Assembly (NCBI GenBank): GCA_964016885.1
Contig: OZ024743.1
Coordinates: 365,118,001-365,182,000, forward strand
Reading direction: 5' to 3'
From: Eledone cirrhosa
Lineage: Eukaryota
DNA length: 64,000 nt
Shown here: positions 40,855-58,239 of the stretch, piece by piece
Layout: the number at the start of each line of letters is the position of its first letter
Position numbering within the stretch: position 1 is the first letter of the stretch
Notes under the pieces: generated by a model
What the model was told of the DNA's origin: nothing
The model's input: only the letters and a program-made list of their open reading frames with translations
Databases searched by the model: none
Program-made: the position numbers and the translations under genes

Positions 40855-41303
40855 ACGTTTGGCCCTTTGAATTACAGGTACAGTCCATCCGGCGGGCTTC
40901 CACAGTTTACGTCTACCCAATTTCACTCAAATTTCAAAGGTAAACCTGAGGTTACAGAAAATAACACTACCCAAGACGCCAAACAGTGGGATCGAACTTG
41001 GGACCTACTGATTGCGAAACGAACTTCTTAACCATACGGCCATACTGCGTCCACGAACTTATAAGAATATGAATTTTATGTAATTTCATTGTTGTTCACT
41101 TATATAATATTTGGTTTTTAATTTTTGCTTATATCCGACATTAAGTATGATTTTAACCTTCGGGAATAATTAATAAATTCTTTCAAGATTTATTGCTGTT
41201 AAGGATTTATCCTAATAAATATTAACCCGCATCCTCAGAGCAAGAATAGTACTATGCCTGCAGAAATATGTATAACGTATCATGTGTAACACATAATGGC
41301 GGC

Positions 41304-41575
41304 TTCTTCTTCTTCTTCTTCTTCTTCTTCTTCTTCTTCTTCTTCTTCTTCTTCTTCTTCGGAGGGTCAGAGTTGTCAGATATGCCTTCCAGAGGGTACT
41401 ATTAGAAGCAAACGTCTCCAAATGATTCGGCTGGATCTCCAAGTGAGACCAACTTATGGATGTTATCCAACCATCTTGCTCGGGGTCTGCTCCTGGGTCC
41501 CCTGCCTGTTGGCTTTTCCTGTAAAATCCGTCCAGCGATTCTTTCCTTAGACATTCTAACCACATGTCCGTTGTA
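41304..41575 (-). mobile_element. RTE-like LINE 3' end with (GAA)n tail
   Basis: GHVVRMSKERIAGRILQEKPTGRGPRSRPRARWLDNI. Related pieces lie at 56452-56820 and 61900-62050. Confidence 0.7.
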
Positions 41576-42387
41576 CCGGATCTGGAATAAAATAAAGTAC
41601 CACTGGGATAATTGCTGGCCTTGTGCTAAAAGTAGAAACGATTATTGAACTAACTCCTACAATCTTTGCATTTAATTCAGCAACAGCCCTCCATAACCCA
41701 TGAGCCCAACCCCGAGATACTTGAGCTTCTCCACCTGCTCCATACACATACAGAGCGCACTGTGCAAGCTTTCTTCAGAGGGCAAATGTCTCAGTCTTCG
41801 CAGCACTGATTTTCATTCCTGCTTTGCAGTACTCAACAGTAGACCTCTCCAGTGCATGGATGTATATAATGTGTTACACATAATATTTAAAGTCATCTTT
41901 AGACATAAGTTATTTTAGAAAAATATTTACATTCAGTTGATCTCCAATTCTCATCAAGTATCTTATTCATAGATATCTACATAGTGCCACATTCGAACTT
42001 GACATTCTTATTTCGAAACTAACGGGAATAACGGCCTTATTCTCTAGCACACTGAAGCATATACACGCCCCATAGCGTGTTACAGTGCCGTCTGTTCTAT
42101 TAACAGAACAGCCTGCTTGTGAATTGAATATGCAAGTGCTTTACTATGGTCGATATAGTCAACTTCCATTTCAACCCCAAATTGCCGGCCTTGTACCAAA
42201 ATTAGAAACTATTATTAAAAAAATAAATGAAAATGAGATGCGAACATATTTATAATCAAATTAAAAATAACTCATCTTATTCATTTTGATATAAATTGAG
42301 AAAATATGAGAAAATTAAGAATTTTAATAAAGAAATCAATTAAAAACGAAATGTAGAAGTGTAAGAACATTGAAAGACAAAAATATA

Positions 42388-42484
<97 letters not shown>

Positions 42485-42727
42485 GCCTCTGAACGTAAAG
42501 GACCATAATAATAGTCAATCACTTTAAATAATAGTTGAAAATATCGGATAAAGTAATCCCGAGGATGGAAAAAGTAGTTTCGAAACATCAACCTAACTCA
42601 ACCTGTTCTCATCATTATTTACTTTTACTTTTATTAATAACCTCTGTCATTTTCATTTAATAATTTTATTTACATTATTCTCAAATTCAGGAGCTGGAAA
42701 TCATTCGGTTACTCTAAATAGAATATT

Positions 42728-42912
42728 GTGGATTGGCAGTATCGGTAGAGGGTCGGACGCCATGCTTTCCAGCATAGTTACGTCCCTTTACGATCTGAGT
42801 TCAAATCCCGCCGAGGCTGACTTTGCCTTTCATCCTTACGGGGTCGATAAAATAAAGTACCAGTAATGCACTGGGTAATTGCTGGCCTTGTGCCTAAAGT
42901 AGAAACAATTAT
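42728..42912 (+). mobile_element. tRNA-like SINE
   Basis: A-box-like tggcagtatcgg, B-box gagttcaaatccc and a conserved body. Other copies at about 38860, 39895, 40500, 43592 (-), 46660 (-) and 57555. Confidence 0.75.
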
Positions 42913-43311
42913 AGTATAAATCTGTTTTTTTCTTTGCAAGAAATTGTTCTTCTCGCTCCACATATCGACGTAATTATCCTCGCTTTTGCCCCGTTCATTG
43001 CCAGAGAACGTCTTCATTAACCAAAGTATCGTCTTCCTGTTTTCCTTCGATTGTAACGTTTTGCGAAATATTTACTTCTGCGTCCACATTGAATTTTTAA
43101 TATATATATATATATAAGCAAACAGGTCCAACTATATCACATCATTATGCTGCAAATATTTCTATTTATTTAAATTATAACTAGCAAATTTTCTTTTTCA
43201 CACCGATAATCCTAATAAAAATAAAAATATATACTCACTCTCCTTTTCTCAACACAATTTCCTTTATATATTTTGTATATTTATCTCCCTATCTTCCGTT
43301 CTTCTTCTTCT

Positions 43312-43354
<43 letters not shown>

Positions 43355-43591
43355 AATGTTCTTTCTTTCTCATTGTCTCAAATTAGCCTTACGTGTTTAA
43401 TAGGTTAATATTTCACATTTCACATTGACATAATTTCGAACGAAATTACTTGAACGAAACAAAATGTTTCACATCCGTGAATATATTATTGAAAAAACAA
43501 ATCGAAGAAAACGCAAAAATAACAGAAAAAAATAACATATAAAACTAAGGAAAAATTACAATAAAGAATAAACAAAGATATCCTATAATAA

Positions 43592-43806
43592 TGATTTCTA
43601 CTATAAGCACAAGGCCAGTAATTTGGGAGAAGAGGAAAGTCGATTAAATCGACCCCAGTACGTTACTGGTGCTCTATTTTATCGACCCCGTAAGGATGAA
43701 AGGCAAAGTTAACTTCGGCAGGATTTGAACTCAGACCATAAAGGGACGTGACTCTATGCTGCAAAGCACGGTGTCCGACTCTCTACCGATACTGCCAATC
43801 CACCGC
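43592..43806 (-). mobile_element. tRNA-like SINE, inverted relative to 42728-42912
   Basis: Reverse complement of the same family. Confidence 0.75.
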
Positions 43807-44136
43807 CCTAAGATATCCTATAATAAAGAAATGCATTAATATAGTCGATGTACTGAGAGGGCTGGTCAATATATGTAACAACATTACTACAGGGTACAGT
43901 GAATGGTGCTCCACACAGAATGACGCACCTACACGCACCCACACACATACTCACACATACACACACAGACACTTACATGCATATGCATTGGCACACACAC
44001 ACACACATATATATATATACATATTCTTTATTATGCCTAAGTGGTGCCTCTTGTTACTCTGCAGTTTCACTTTAGAATTCCCCAGACCATTTTATATAAA
44101 CACACATATCTAAAATGGTCTAGTGAATTTCGGGGC

Positions 44137-44189
<53 letters not shown>

Positions 44190-44196
<7 letters not shown>

Positions 44197-44848
44197 GAGA
44201 AGAAAGAAGAATACTGCGTGGTTTGCACATGGGTTACATATGATAAAAATAGTCCTTCGTCAGTGATTTTCCAACCATCATTGGTATTTCATCGCATTAA
44301 AAATCAGATACCTCAGGTTGGTACGAGCAATAACTAAAATAAGTCATTGGGACCAGAATTCGCGTAAGGCGAGGGGGACAAGTAAACAACATAGAAGGAT
44401 AAAAGCAAACCGAAGATAGGAAAATAAACAAGCAACATGGTTGTCCGGTCAGCATAAGCTGGGTGGATTTCATGAGCGCGAGAGGTACAGACCGTGTTGA
44501 TGTGTGTGATATGTGAGCAAGAAGAGACCTACACAAGCCAAACGGGAGGAAGTGAGAAGGGGAGAAACAGAGAGTGAATGAGTGGAAGTGTGAGGAAGAG
44601 GTCAGTCGAGAGAAAGTGTAACTGACAGAGGGGGCGAAAGAAGGCGAGAGAAACAAAGAGAGCGGGGAAGCAGTTAGACAGAAACAGACAAACGCAGCCG
44701 AGGTAAATATATATAAAAAACATGAGAAGAAAAAAGAATACTGCGTGGTTTGCACATGGGTTACATATGATAAAAATAGTCCTTCGTCAGTGATTTTCCA
44801 ACCATCATTGGTATTTCATCGCATTAAAAATCAGATACCTCGGGTTGG
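44190..44848 (-). repeat. Partial tandem unit (period about 527 bp; 130-bp terminal direct repeat), PLE pLTR-like
   Basis: 44190-44320 is repeated at 44718-44848. Homologous to 3266-3882. Confidence 0.75.
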
Positions 44849-45283
44849 AGTGTTGTTTAAAAAAGAGATCTGAGTCAGGATGTTTGTGTTGCAATAAAGC
44901 GGAAAGTGAATATATATATACTCGTATATACATATTAATATCAACATGAGCGCTAATTATATATCATACACTTCGGCTGCTATCGCGTTAATTAATTACT
45001 AACGCGTCCGTTAATTATATACAAATTAATATGACCATTTCAGAACAACGTTAAGGGTGAATGGGTATATATATATCAAATACATGTCACATTGTGGTTG
45101 AGTGATGATATACATCATATATATATATCATAAACGCGTTTATGATTTTCTCAATATACAGGGAAATTAAGATTTTCTGCTATATTTACACGGCAACAAA
45201 TTAGATACGTACATATACTTATACACGTTGGTTCAATCTCGGTTACACACTCTATATGTATTCACACACACACACACACACAT

Positions 45284-45338
<55 letters not shown>

Positions 45339-47622
45339 TACAGATGCACATATGTGTATGTTAGTCTATGTCGCTGCCCTGTACGCATTTTGACTACGAA
45401 ATCTTATGTTCACCAGACAACCTAATAAAACCATATCGTTGCATTTCACAAAGCTCTTCGTCAATACTTCCTTTAGCAGATATCACACACACAAATGTCG
45501 TCTTTGGCATGTTTGTCCCCAAAATGTTTCTGCGTTTTCGAATTTTACTTATTTATTTTATACTTATTATTATTTTATATACATATATATTTATTGTTTT
45601 ATTTATATTTTTTGCTTTCATTCTCGAAAAACAAATATATAATGACGCCAGTCGTGAAATGGGTAAGTAGAAATGTAAATAGACATTGTCTCGTTAGTTT
45701 GTTGTATATAAAGACATTGACTTTATCTAGTCTTGTATTCCCAGTGAGAGTATCAGGTTGATGAAAATCATTTAATGAATCTAGCTTATAGCTACATTGT
45801 TTAACATGTTCAACATGCAACATGTACACATAATACAAAACGCTTTGTTAGCTGTTTAGATTTTCTATTTTTCTATATACTTATATAGTTGATATTTCTT
45901 TTCCGATCAAGGTTCGCTTACCGGAGCAGAGCTTATATCAGCAGGGTTCAAGAGTGTTAAGCTAGAAGGAGACACATTTTTATTTATTTAGATAAGCCTC
46001 TAGACTATCTCGTCTTTATGGTAGTCTAGCACATTAACTGCTTGAGTTGACACAAGTAAAATTTGATGTCGCAGTGCTGTATCTTTCAGCTTCTATGTCA
46101 AACAATCAATCAGTATAGTTACAGTAACACTTCTCATATAATAATCAATTTAATGTTTGTCGATATATTTATATGAGAAATGACCAAAGAGAGCTATCAG
46201 ACTTTTAAACAAGAACTATGTCTTTGGTCCTGAAGAGAAGACTAGTCTTGAGATGCAGTTTTAGCTATGAAATTCATGTTGAGTCGCCAGGCAACATCAT
46301 AAGAAATTGTGAGGTTTAGCAATTGTAGCGGCTTTGAAGATTTTATTTACATGTTAAGATTAAAGATGGGGAGATTTTGTTTTTACCATTTAATAAAGGA
46401 GAGAAAAGTAGCCCTTTATTTGTTCAGTTCCTCCGAGACTGGTAGTAAGAAGGGAGAAAGTTACCTACAAGCCGGCGACCTGGCCCAAATACTTTAAAAT
46501 TAGAGTGTACTCAAAAGCACTCAAAGAACAGTTAGTGTGATAAATTGGGTGACGGATTATGTTCACTTCTCAAACACCCAAGACACAAAGAGCCAGAAGA
46601 AAACTCCCAAGACATCACGTCTAATGCTCTATCAATTCCTTCAATCCGCCGCCCTAGACTGTTACTTTATTTTATCACCCGTAATTTGATGAAATGCAAA
46701 ATTGATCACTGTGGAATTAGAAATCAAAGCACAGAGCCAGAACAAATACTACGAGACATTTTGTTCTACGTTTTAACCACTGAGTCAATTTCTTCCTATG
46801 TTCTAATTATTCTGTCAATTCGCCACCTTATAAGATAAAAGGTTGTTTTCTAGAGGTGAGCAGTGATTGTGTCTTTGTGCTGTTTAACGAAACAATCTTG
46901 TCCTGTTTCGAATCGGAGAATGTTTTCAAGCTATCTGTTCACGAAGACAGTGTAGGTTTGGTGTACGGTGTCTAGGTTGCCTGTCGATGACGATTGGAAG
47001 GTTATAGAGAAATGAAGAGTAGTATTATTTGAATAGAAGTGGACATTGTTAGACATGACAGCAACAGGGTTGTTAATGTACAGGCAAAAGAGAGTGGAGA
47101 ATTATATTCGAACTTGGGAAAAAAACAACAGATTTTGTTTAAACAAATGCTTCAATTGTCTCTAACACAGAAATACTCTGGCAAAACTGTTAGGATATGG
47201 ACGTACTCCTTCCCCCAATTTCTGAACTGGAAAACCCATGTTAGGTCGTTCATCCATAATATGAATCCGAAGGATTGTCTCCAAATCTCTCTGACAACTC
47301 TGCTGTAAAATGAAGCCTCGGTTATGTTTCGTACACTCTTCTTAATAAAATATAAGTTATAGATCCGTTACCGAATATATACAAGAGATAGAAATATTTA
47401 TATTGCCTTTGTCTGTGGGTACATATACAAGTGTTTGTCTGTCTATGTGTACAATTATACGTGGAGACTCGAGAACTTGCGTTGATATATAGATATTTGT
47501 ATTATTTTGTATTATTTCGAGTGACTATATCCATGTGAATTAGTGTATATATATACGCATGCATACGTATGTATACGTATGTATACGTATGTGTATGTTG
47601 TATATATATATATATATATATA

Positions 47623-48030
47623 TGTATGATGCAGGTATACGAACAACAATGTTGCACGGCAGCGAGACCTGGGCACTGTGTGTGGAGGACCTGCGAAGAT
47701 TGGAAAGAAATGAAGCCTCCATGCTTCGCTGGATGTGCAATAGCAATATACGTGAATGGCAAAGTATAAATGTACTGCGTGAGAAATTGGGCTTAAGAGG
47801 GATCAGTTGTTGCGTGCAGGAGAGGAGACTGCGTTGGTATGGACACGTGAGGTGTATGAAGGATGACAGCTGTATAATAAGGTGCAGATCGGTCAAAGTC
47901 GATGGTAGCCGTGGTGTGGGCAGGCTTAGGAAGACTTGGGATGAGGAAATAAAAGTGACCTTGCACAATTACACCTCTCAAAGGCAATGACATAGGACCA
48001 CGACCTCTGGCGCTATGCAGTTTTACGGAA
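47623..48030 (+). mobile_element. RTE LINE 3' coding fragment
   Basis: MLHGSETWAL..EDLRRLERNEASMLRWMC...LREKLG...RRLRWYGHV.....V.G.RG.GR..KTW. Confidence 0.85.
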
Positions 48031-48311
48031 AACCCACCCTCTATTGTTCTCGGGATAAGGCTTATACCTAGTAGGCGACACCTTCCTCAACCTTCTATTT
48101 CCTCTCATTTACCTCCCTCAGCGGTAACCATACCTCCTCTACTACCATGCACCCCCCCAAGCCCCACCACCCTCCCTAGTGCCCAGGCCTCACTGTGTTG
48201 TTTCGGTGACACAACAAAGGTGCCCAGTCCACACTGTAAAGAACCTCCAGCCCACACTGTAAAGTGATCGTGTTGGTGTCACGACAAAAAGCACCCAGCG
48301 CACACTGTACA

Positions 48312-48472
48312 CGTGGCTGGCGTTAGGAAGGGCATCCAACCGTAGAAAACTAGCCAGAAACTCTCCTTTATGAGCGAGACATAGTCACTCGACCCAACTT
48401 CCTCCAAATAGGACAAACCAGTCCAACCCATGCTAGCGTGGAAGATAGACGTTAATCGACGATGATGATGAT
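48312..48472 (+). mobile_element. SINE/RTE-type 3' tail segment ending in (GAT)n
   Basis: ggcgttaggaagggcatccaaccgtagaaaac...caacccatgctagcgtggaagatagacgttaa..gatgatgat. Confidence 0.6.
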
Positions 48473-48504
<32 letters not shown>

Positions 48505-48692
48505 ATGCGTAAGTGTATATTTTGTGTAGGCATGTATGTGCGTATGTATATATGGATGCATGCATGTGTGTTTGTATGTGTGTGTTTATATACATACATA
48601 TATGTGTGTGCATGTGTGTGTGGGTGTGTGTATGTGTATATATATGTATGTGTATGTAAGACATTTCTATATTAAACTTTATATATATACAG

Positions 48693-48737
<45 letters not shown>

Positions 48738-49268
48738 GGAAATCAGTAAAATCGAATCTCTGGCGGTTTGCAAGTAAATTCGGCCTACTTATATGAAGTG
48801 ATGAGTTAGCAAAGCACTCGATAAGATGGGTCTCAGGGTTATAACATACGTTTAAATAGCTTGACAAATCGAACATTGTGGTAGGCGAAACTAACACACA
48901 ATATATACCAAAGGAACGATAGAACTAATCAGGTTGAGAAAAATACACCTGGACAAATCAAACGGGCATACGTTTAAAGTGTTTCTCTGAATCCGAAATC
49001 AAATATCAGACTTATTTGAATGGCAAGATCGTGGTATTGGTGACTGAACAGAGGACTCAGTTTATCAACAGGTTTTCGTTCTGCTTAGAACCAGGAGTGA
49101 TAAAATATGTTGCCTCTCGTATGGCTGCTAATCGTATCTATAGTTATCACGTGTTAATTCCGGCAAGGGAAATAACCCCCGGTTTTTGGCGGGTCAATTC
49201 AAATGCTAGCGAATGGAAATATTTTAATTTCCGCTAATCATCATGATAAGCTCTCGACTAGATGTTAT

Positions 49269-49354
<86 letters not shown>

Positions 49355-49393
49355 TAAAATAACAGATTATTTAGTCTTCAAATTTATTATTAT

Positions 49394-49458
<65 letters not shown>

Positions 49459-49789
49459 TCTTCGAAGATCTGACTGGTTATAATTCTGTATTGGCGATCG
49501 AGTGACGCAAAATTAGGCGGATAGCGATCTCTAGACAGACCAGTTCAGTGAAACAAATGTAAGCTATGTGATTAAAAACTTTTTTGTATAGCAAACCATG
49601 TAAACCTTCTTTCCTGATTTATTATTACTCCAAGTGTTTACAACATAGGAATTACAGCATACCCGCAGCATCACTATGAAAACGCCTTGTTGAGTCAAAC
49701 CAAGCCAACCGTTAATATCATCCACTACCTGGAATACCATAACTGGACTTCACCTAAGTGGACTGCATTTAACTATTATTTGTTAATCC

Positions 49790-49856
<67 letters not shown>

Positions 49857-49934
49857 AAACAGAAATAACAACACAATCAGTACAGTATATGGAAGGTATA
49901 TATTAGGTTAACGCTTGATATAGCAGGAAGAGCG

Positions 49935-49970
49935 TCTTAACGTTTCGGACGCTAGTCCTTCATCAGAAGA
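49935..49970 (-). ncRNA. Minimal hammerhead (same family as 10041/10577)
   Basis: TCTT-CTGATGA-A-GGAC-TAGC-GTCC-GAAACGTT-AAGA. Confidence 0.65.
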
Positions 49971-50070
49971 AAGAATGAATGAGAAATAAAATAGATTGAG
50001 GGGACGGGCGGGATGGAATTGGAAAAAAAATGTCTTTATTGAACATACTAGAGAGAGAGAGAGAGAGAGA

Positions 50071-50141
<71 letters not shown>

Positions 50142-50551
50142 GACGTAGCATTGTATTATGATTAAGAAGATCGCTTCACAATCAAAAGGTTCCAGGTTTG
50201 GTTTCACTGCGTAGAATCTTGGACAAGTGCTTATCATCATAGCCCCTGGCATTTTGAAGCCTGTCAGATGAACTCCATGTGTAATTCAAAGGGACAGCCT
50301 TGAAATATATTGTGTCATGCTGTATCTCCATCAGAATTATGAGGAATACCCAGTCACTTACTCCTTTAGGTTAACGAGTAGTTCGCTACATTGATCGAAC
50401 AACTGGAACTATCATCGCCGAAACCGACTGGGGCTCATTTAAATATACAAGAGAAGGAAAGAAAACGAGGGAGAGTGGTAGCAAGGTATATTGAGAGAGA
50501 TAAAGAGAGAGAGAAGGGAGGAGGGAGAGCGAGAGTGAAAGAAAGAGATAG

Positions 50552-50601
<50 letters not shown>

Positions 50602-50730
50602 GGAAATATAGAGGGAAAGAGAGATAGATAGAGAGAGAGAGTGAGAGATAGATAAATAGATAGATATATAGATAGATAGATAGAGAGAGAGAGTGAGACA
50701 TAGATAGATAGATAGAGAGAGAGATGGAAT

Positions 50731-50802
<72 letters not shown>

Positions 50803-51226
50803 CTATGTATGAGGGCACAAACATGATTGTATAACGTGTTATAAAAAATATCATATTCTATTTTATTATGCCTTGTTTATATGTACACAAATGTATTCAA
50901 ATAGTTTCAATACATGTCTATAATATCAACAATAATAACAATAACATGTCTTGGTGTTTCAGGGTTGAAAATCTCCGTTTATCTGTTTTCAATCAGTAAA
51001 CGTGTGTTTGGCTCGGTAGAGTAAAACCTTTGTTTCTATTGTCAGATCTTAAATTTAGCTGACTTGTTAGTAGTAATCTTTCATATCTATCGGCCATTGC
51101 TCATTGACAACTGATCAAATGATACACAACATTCCTTCAACTATAGTTCTTGTTATTGTTAATAGTCTCAATGTTATTGGGGTTGATGTTCTTAATCTCC
51201 TCCTCCTCCTCCTCCTCCTCCTCCTC

Positions 51227-51262
<36 letters not shown>

Positions 51263-51587
51263 GTTCTTTTTATTCTTCTTCTTTATCTTCTTCTCCTCCT
51301 TCCCCATTCACCTCCTCTCTGTATTAATGTAGTAAGCATCTTTTCTTTATCAGTTTCATCTCTGTGTTGTGTGTCAACAAAACTAGTTTGACGTATGTCA
51401 CGTATAGATTTACACACATTAACAGGAAAACCAAGACGAAAAATGACGAGTTTATATTTCAGAGATTTTGTTTTTATCTCACTCAATGTCCCTATCATAT
51501 TAAATCTCATCTGATTTTCTTTCAGTAAAGATTTTCTTGGGTTCAGTTTTCTACGCCTAAACAGTTTCAAAAATTGTTTTTCGCGTT

Positions 51588-51647
<60 letters not shown>

Positions 51648-51662
51648 AACGAGTAGGACCCC

Positions 51663-51743
51663 GACGGCTGAGCTCAAGCCGTTTCGACGGCTAATTCTGG
51701 ACTGTCCAGAATTAGCCGTCGAAACGGCTTGAGCTCAGCCGTC
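51663..51743. repeat. Perfect 81-bp palindrome (40-bp arms, 1-nt spacer)
   Basis: gacggctgagctcaagccgtttcgacggctaattctggac-t-gtccagaattagccgtcgaaacggcttgagctcagccgtc. Confidence 0.95.
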
Positions 51744-51835
51744 CTATTACCCACTCTACTACCCTAAGTATTGAGTACTTTGGTGCGTTATGGTCTACCT
51801 GGTTCCTTACCACATTTCCTTCGTTATATATATAT

Positions 51836-54079
<2,244 letters not shown>

Positions 54080-54412
54080 TCGCACACCTACCATATATAA
54101 GGGTTTTCGTAGAACGGAAAGAGATCACAGCTAACTAAGGTATTTTATACATTAAATAGAGATGGTACATAATTTCGGATGGATTTTCCTGAGGATTTCA
54201 ACCTAATTAAGCATTACTAGGCCCGTAGAAGTAATTTCCCTGTGAAGAGCAGATCGATTATTGATCGATAATGGAGCCGGGTACATAACTCCTATGGTAC
54301 ATAACTCATATGGCTCTATGAGAGAATTGAGCTAAAGATCCAAGACCGCAGAGCGTCGCATACTGTCAATATCATAGGAAACCACATATATAATATTTAG
54401 CAGAGATCAATC

Positions 54413-54473
<61 letters not shown>

Positions 54474-54474
54474 A

Positions 54475-54532
<58 letters not shown>

Positions 54533-54544
54533 CGCACACACGCA

Positions 54545-54659
<115 letters not shown>

Positions 54660-55177
54660 TGAGAGAGAGAGAGAGAGAGAGAGATTCTGCGGTGCTGAGA
54701 CCACTAATCGTGGCAGTACTTAATGCATGGGGAATTACAAGTAACAATATATACACAAACACACTAGCAAAGACACAGATACATACCAACACACAGAGGG
54801 AGGCGCGCACCCTTTTGGGAGGTTTTGCTCATAAGATATGTATGTATTCTAAACAACCACAAGGAAATACGTAACTGAAGTGCTTATATACCCTAAAGGT
54901 ATAGTAGTATTCTGAAATGGAAGTACTAATTTATATTTTATTAGCATTTATATTAGTAGTTAATTCTAATGTATATTAAGTTGTGTGCTAAGCTACCGAA
55001 GTATTCGATAAAATTGTATATTTGACAGGTTTACATGTGTATACACTGAATGTGAAGATCTACACATTAATGCAGTCTTGTTTACCTTTGTGCTCTATAT
55101 GTACAGATATAAATTTATCGTATACTTCATCTGCTTAGCGCGCAATCATGTATATTTTATACAATATACATAGCGGA

Positions 55178-55350
55178 CAGTGATATCATATACAGTGTAT
55201 ACTACAGATATAACAGTGAGTGAGATCACGTACAGTGTATACTACAGAGATATAGTAGCGAGTGAGATCACGTACAGTGTATACTACAGATATATAACTG
55301 TGAGATCACGTACAGTGTATACTACAGATATAGCAGTGAGATCACGTACA
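55178..55350. repeat. Approximately 35-43-bp minisatellite
   Basis: gtgagatcacgtacagtgtatactacagatata, about 4.5 copies. Confidence 0.85.
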
Positions 55351-56962
55351 TGATATAAAAGTATATTAAATATCAAATGATACACATTATATATAAATAT
55401 AGTAAGATAAAAATATATAATATTTATTTATACATAGTATATATTATATATAAATTAACGATTTTATTTATTATTTATTATTTACAATTTCTCTGGAAAT
55501 ATGGTGGTGGTGGTGGTGGTGGGTGTGTGTAGGTGGTGGTGGTGGGGGGGCTGAAGGTATTTGGGGCAGTGGCCCCAACATTTGAGAACCTTTGCTGTAC
55601 AGTGATAAATATATCATGAATTCGAATTAATGAGGGAGCCAATACCTATTTAATTGTTCAGTGAATTCTATTGCAAACATTAAATTGAATAAGTTTGTGT
55701 GATTTGTGGAAAGACGAACATTACCGTATCAGGATTGTTGTTTACTTCAATACAGAGCTCTCTTCATACCATCAAATATTCACCTTTTATCACAGCACAC
55801 AATCTTATCGAATTTGTTAATTTCTTTAACTGGTTTTCAATGAAGATTATCACTAATTTTATCAGATTTAACCTGACACAAATCACTAATCTTATGGAAT
55901 GTTCGCTGACACAGCTCGTCGCTAATTTCATATTGTAAAGATTGTCAATTTTATGATAGTAAAGATCAGTTCAACTACAAACATTTGATGATGGACTTTC
56001 CATCGGTTTCGACGATGAACATTCAATTGTTCCATAAATACTGAATTAAGGTGCAAACAGTTGAGTAATCTGATACTATACATACATCTAACAGCTGGAG
56101 ACTCAGTAGCCCACATCGCGAACTATGTGGTTTTCAGTTCACTGTTACGACGCAGAACCTTGTGAATGCAGCTTCTACTATAGATTCAGGTGGATGAATG
56201 TTTTGTGAGAGACATTATGGAAGCAGAAAGCGTACCGAAGCCCATGCAGGGACTGACTCTATTGCTAAATGGTAAAATTTATCCATCACCACCATCATCG
56301 CCATACCCGGCAAATGGAGCTTGGGAAAATCTAGCATTCACTATATAGCAAGCATTTGAGATAGGTTTCCGGTGTAACGATAACTTCATCCTTACCGTCC
56401 ACCAATCTCAGAGGAACCAAAATGAAACACTCCTTCTCCTCCTCCCCCCTCCTTCTTCTTCTTCTTGAGAAGATCGAGCGGGAGAGTCATCAGACACACC
56501 TTCCAAAGGGTCCTATCAGAAGCAATTCAAACTGATCCGGCTGGATTCCCAAGCGAAACCAGCCAAGCTCATGGATGTTATCTAACCATCTTGCTCGTCG
56601 TCTACCTCTGTGTTTATAGGCGGTTGGCTTTGCCCGTCAAATCTGTCCTGTGATTCTTTCCGGGGACATTCGAACCATATGACCATAGTATCAGAGCTAT
56701 GATCTCTCTATTCGGAGAAGTAGCTGTTCTAATCGGAGTTACTCCCTGATCACCGAGCTACGCACTCTATCGAGTAATGTTTCTTCAAAAATCATTCGGA
56801 GGAGTCCTATTTCGGCCATTATCCAGGTTCAAACACTTCACTTATAATTCAAAAGCAATGTCAAACAAATATGAAACTTGAATGTAGTCGGATTTTCAAT
56901 TTATACACTTTTGAAAGAAAAGGAACTACCAAACATACTGGCGCAAATACATAAATACCATT

Positions 56963-57035
<73 letters not shown>

Positions 57036-57132
57036 CAATACACGCTTACACAGAGGCACATGCGTATACACACGCATATTTACACAGATGCACTCATACG
57101 TACACACACACACACACATGCTCACACACGTG

Positions 57133-57164
<32 letters not shown>

Positions 57165-58239
57165 GAGACAAATCGGTAAGTTTCTCACCGTTAACATTCC
57201 CTAATCATTCCTAATGTATTTGCGTGGCCTAGTGTTAGAGGTATTCCATATGTTATAAACGAAATTGTCTGACTGGAAAGAAGAACACATAGGTTTAACT
57301 ATCCCATGTGTACTTAAAACTTGTTTCAGATGACCTTTCACTAAAGCTGTTGTGTTTGCCTAACCTGAAATCAAATCTTTGGACATCTGTTTTCACGGAT
57401 GGATGTGTAAAGTGACTATTGAACTGCTAAAATTGCAATGCTACAGAACTAATCAGCTCCGATGTGTAAACTAATTCATTAACTGACTTCTCACTTAAAC
57501 TAACTTTATAAAATATACTCACCCATCTTTGCGGAAGATAAAAGAATTTGGGAGGTGGTGAATTGGTAGAGTCGATAGAACGTCGGTATTCGTTCCAAAT
57601 CTCTGCGCTCTTTGAGTTCAAATCTCTTCCGAGATCAACTTTGACTCTCTTTCTTTCGAGGTCGATAAATAAAGTACTATTTCAATACTGAATTTGACTT
57701 TTACTTTTTCTCTCTCATTTCCACTCTCCCCTTCTCTGGAAGAAATCGGCTGTGTTCAAGCATGCAGAGGGTGGGCTCCACTTGGCTTCAAATGCCCAAG
57801 ACATACATACACACAACGTAGTTGGTATAAACTAAACTGAAAAAAAAAAGAAAATGAAGTAAAACATCATTCTAGGAGAAGGAAAACTATGAAGTAAAAC
57901 TTGCGACTCCATGGCAGCCAATGATGTTGACCTCTTCTTATTTTTGGATACCTGTCACCGTTGGTCAGAGAGTGGGATTGGTTCAGTGCAAGGCCTTTCT
58001 TAAACTTAAAAAAAGCTTCAAGCACAGACATCACTTGATCTAAACGAATTTCAGGCGTGCTGTATGAGCATGTCCATTTCTTTTTTCTTTTGCTACAGTA
58101 TATGTAAAAAGGAATCTATGTCCTTGACAGGGATAAAAAGCCATGTTCATGCCACCAATGTATGAGAAAAAGGTCAAGGAATGGCAATCCTCGAAACCCA
58201 GATGCAGCCATTACGAATGTATATATGTATATATAAAAG

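Noticed and set aside
42728-42820. tRNA gene
   Set aside because: It has A/B boxes but no cloverleaf, and it continues into a multi-copy SINE body.
44250-44325. Hammerhead in the 44190/3266 family (CTGAGGT...GAAA followed by CTGACGA), and similarly at 16622-16695
   Set aside because: Core halves are present, but I could not assemble consistent stems with a valid NUH site, and the core varies between copies.
45700-47400. Possible host exons in the less repetitive stretch
   Set aside because: There is no recognisable protein similarity or convincing splice structure. Small exons cannot be excluded without RNA-seq.
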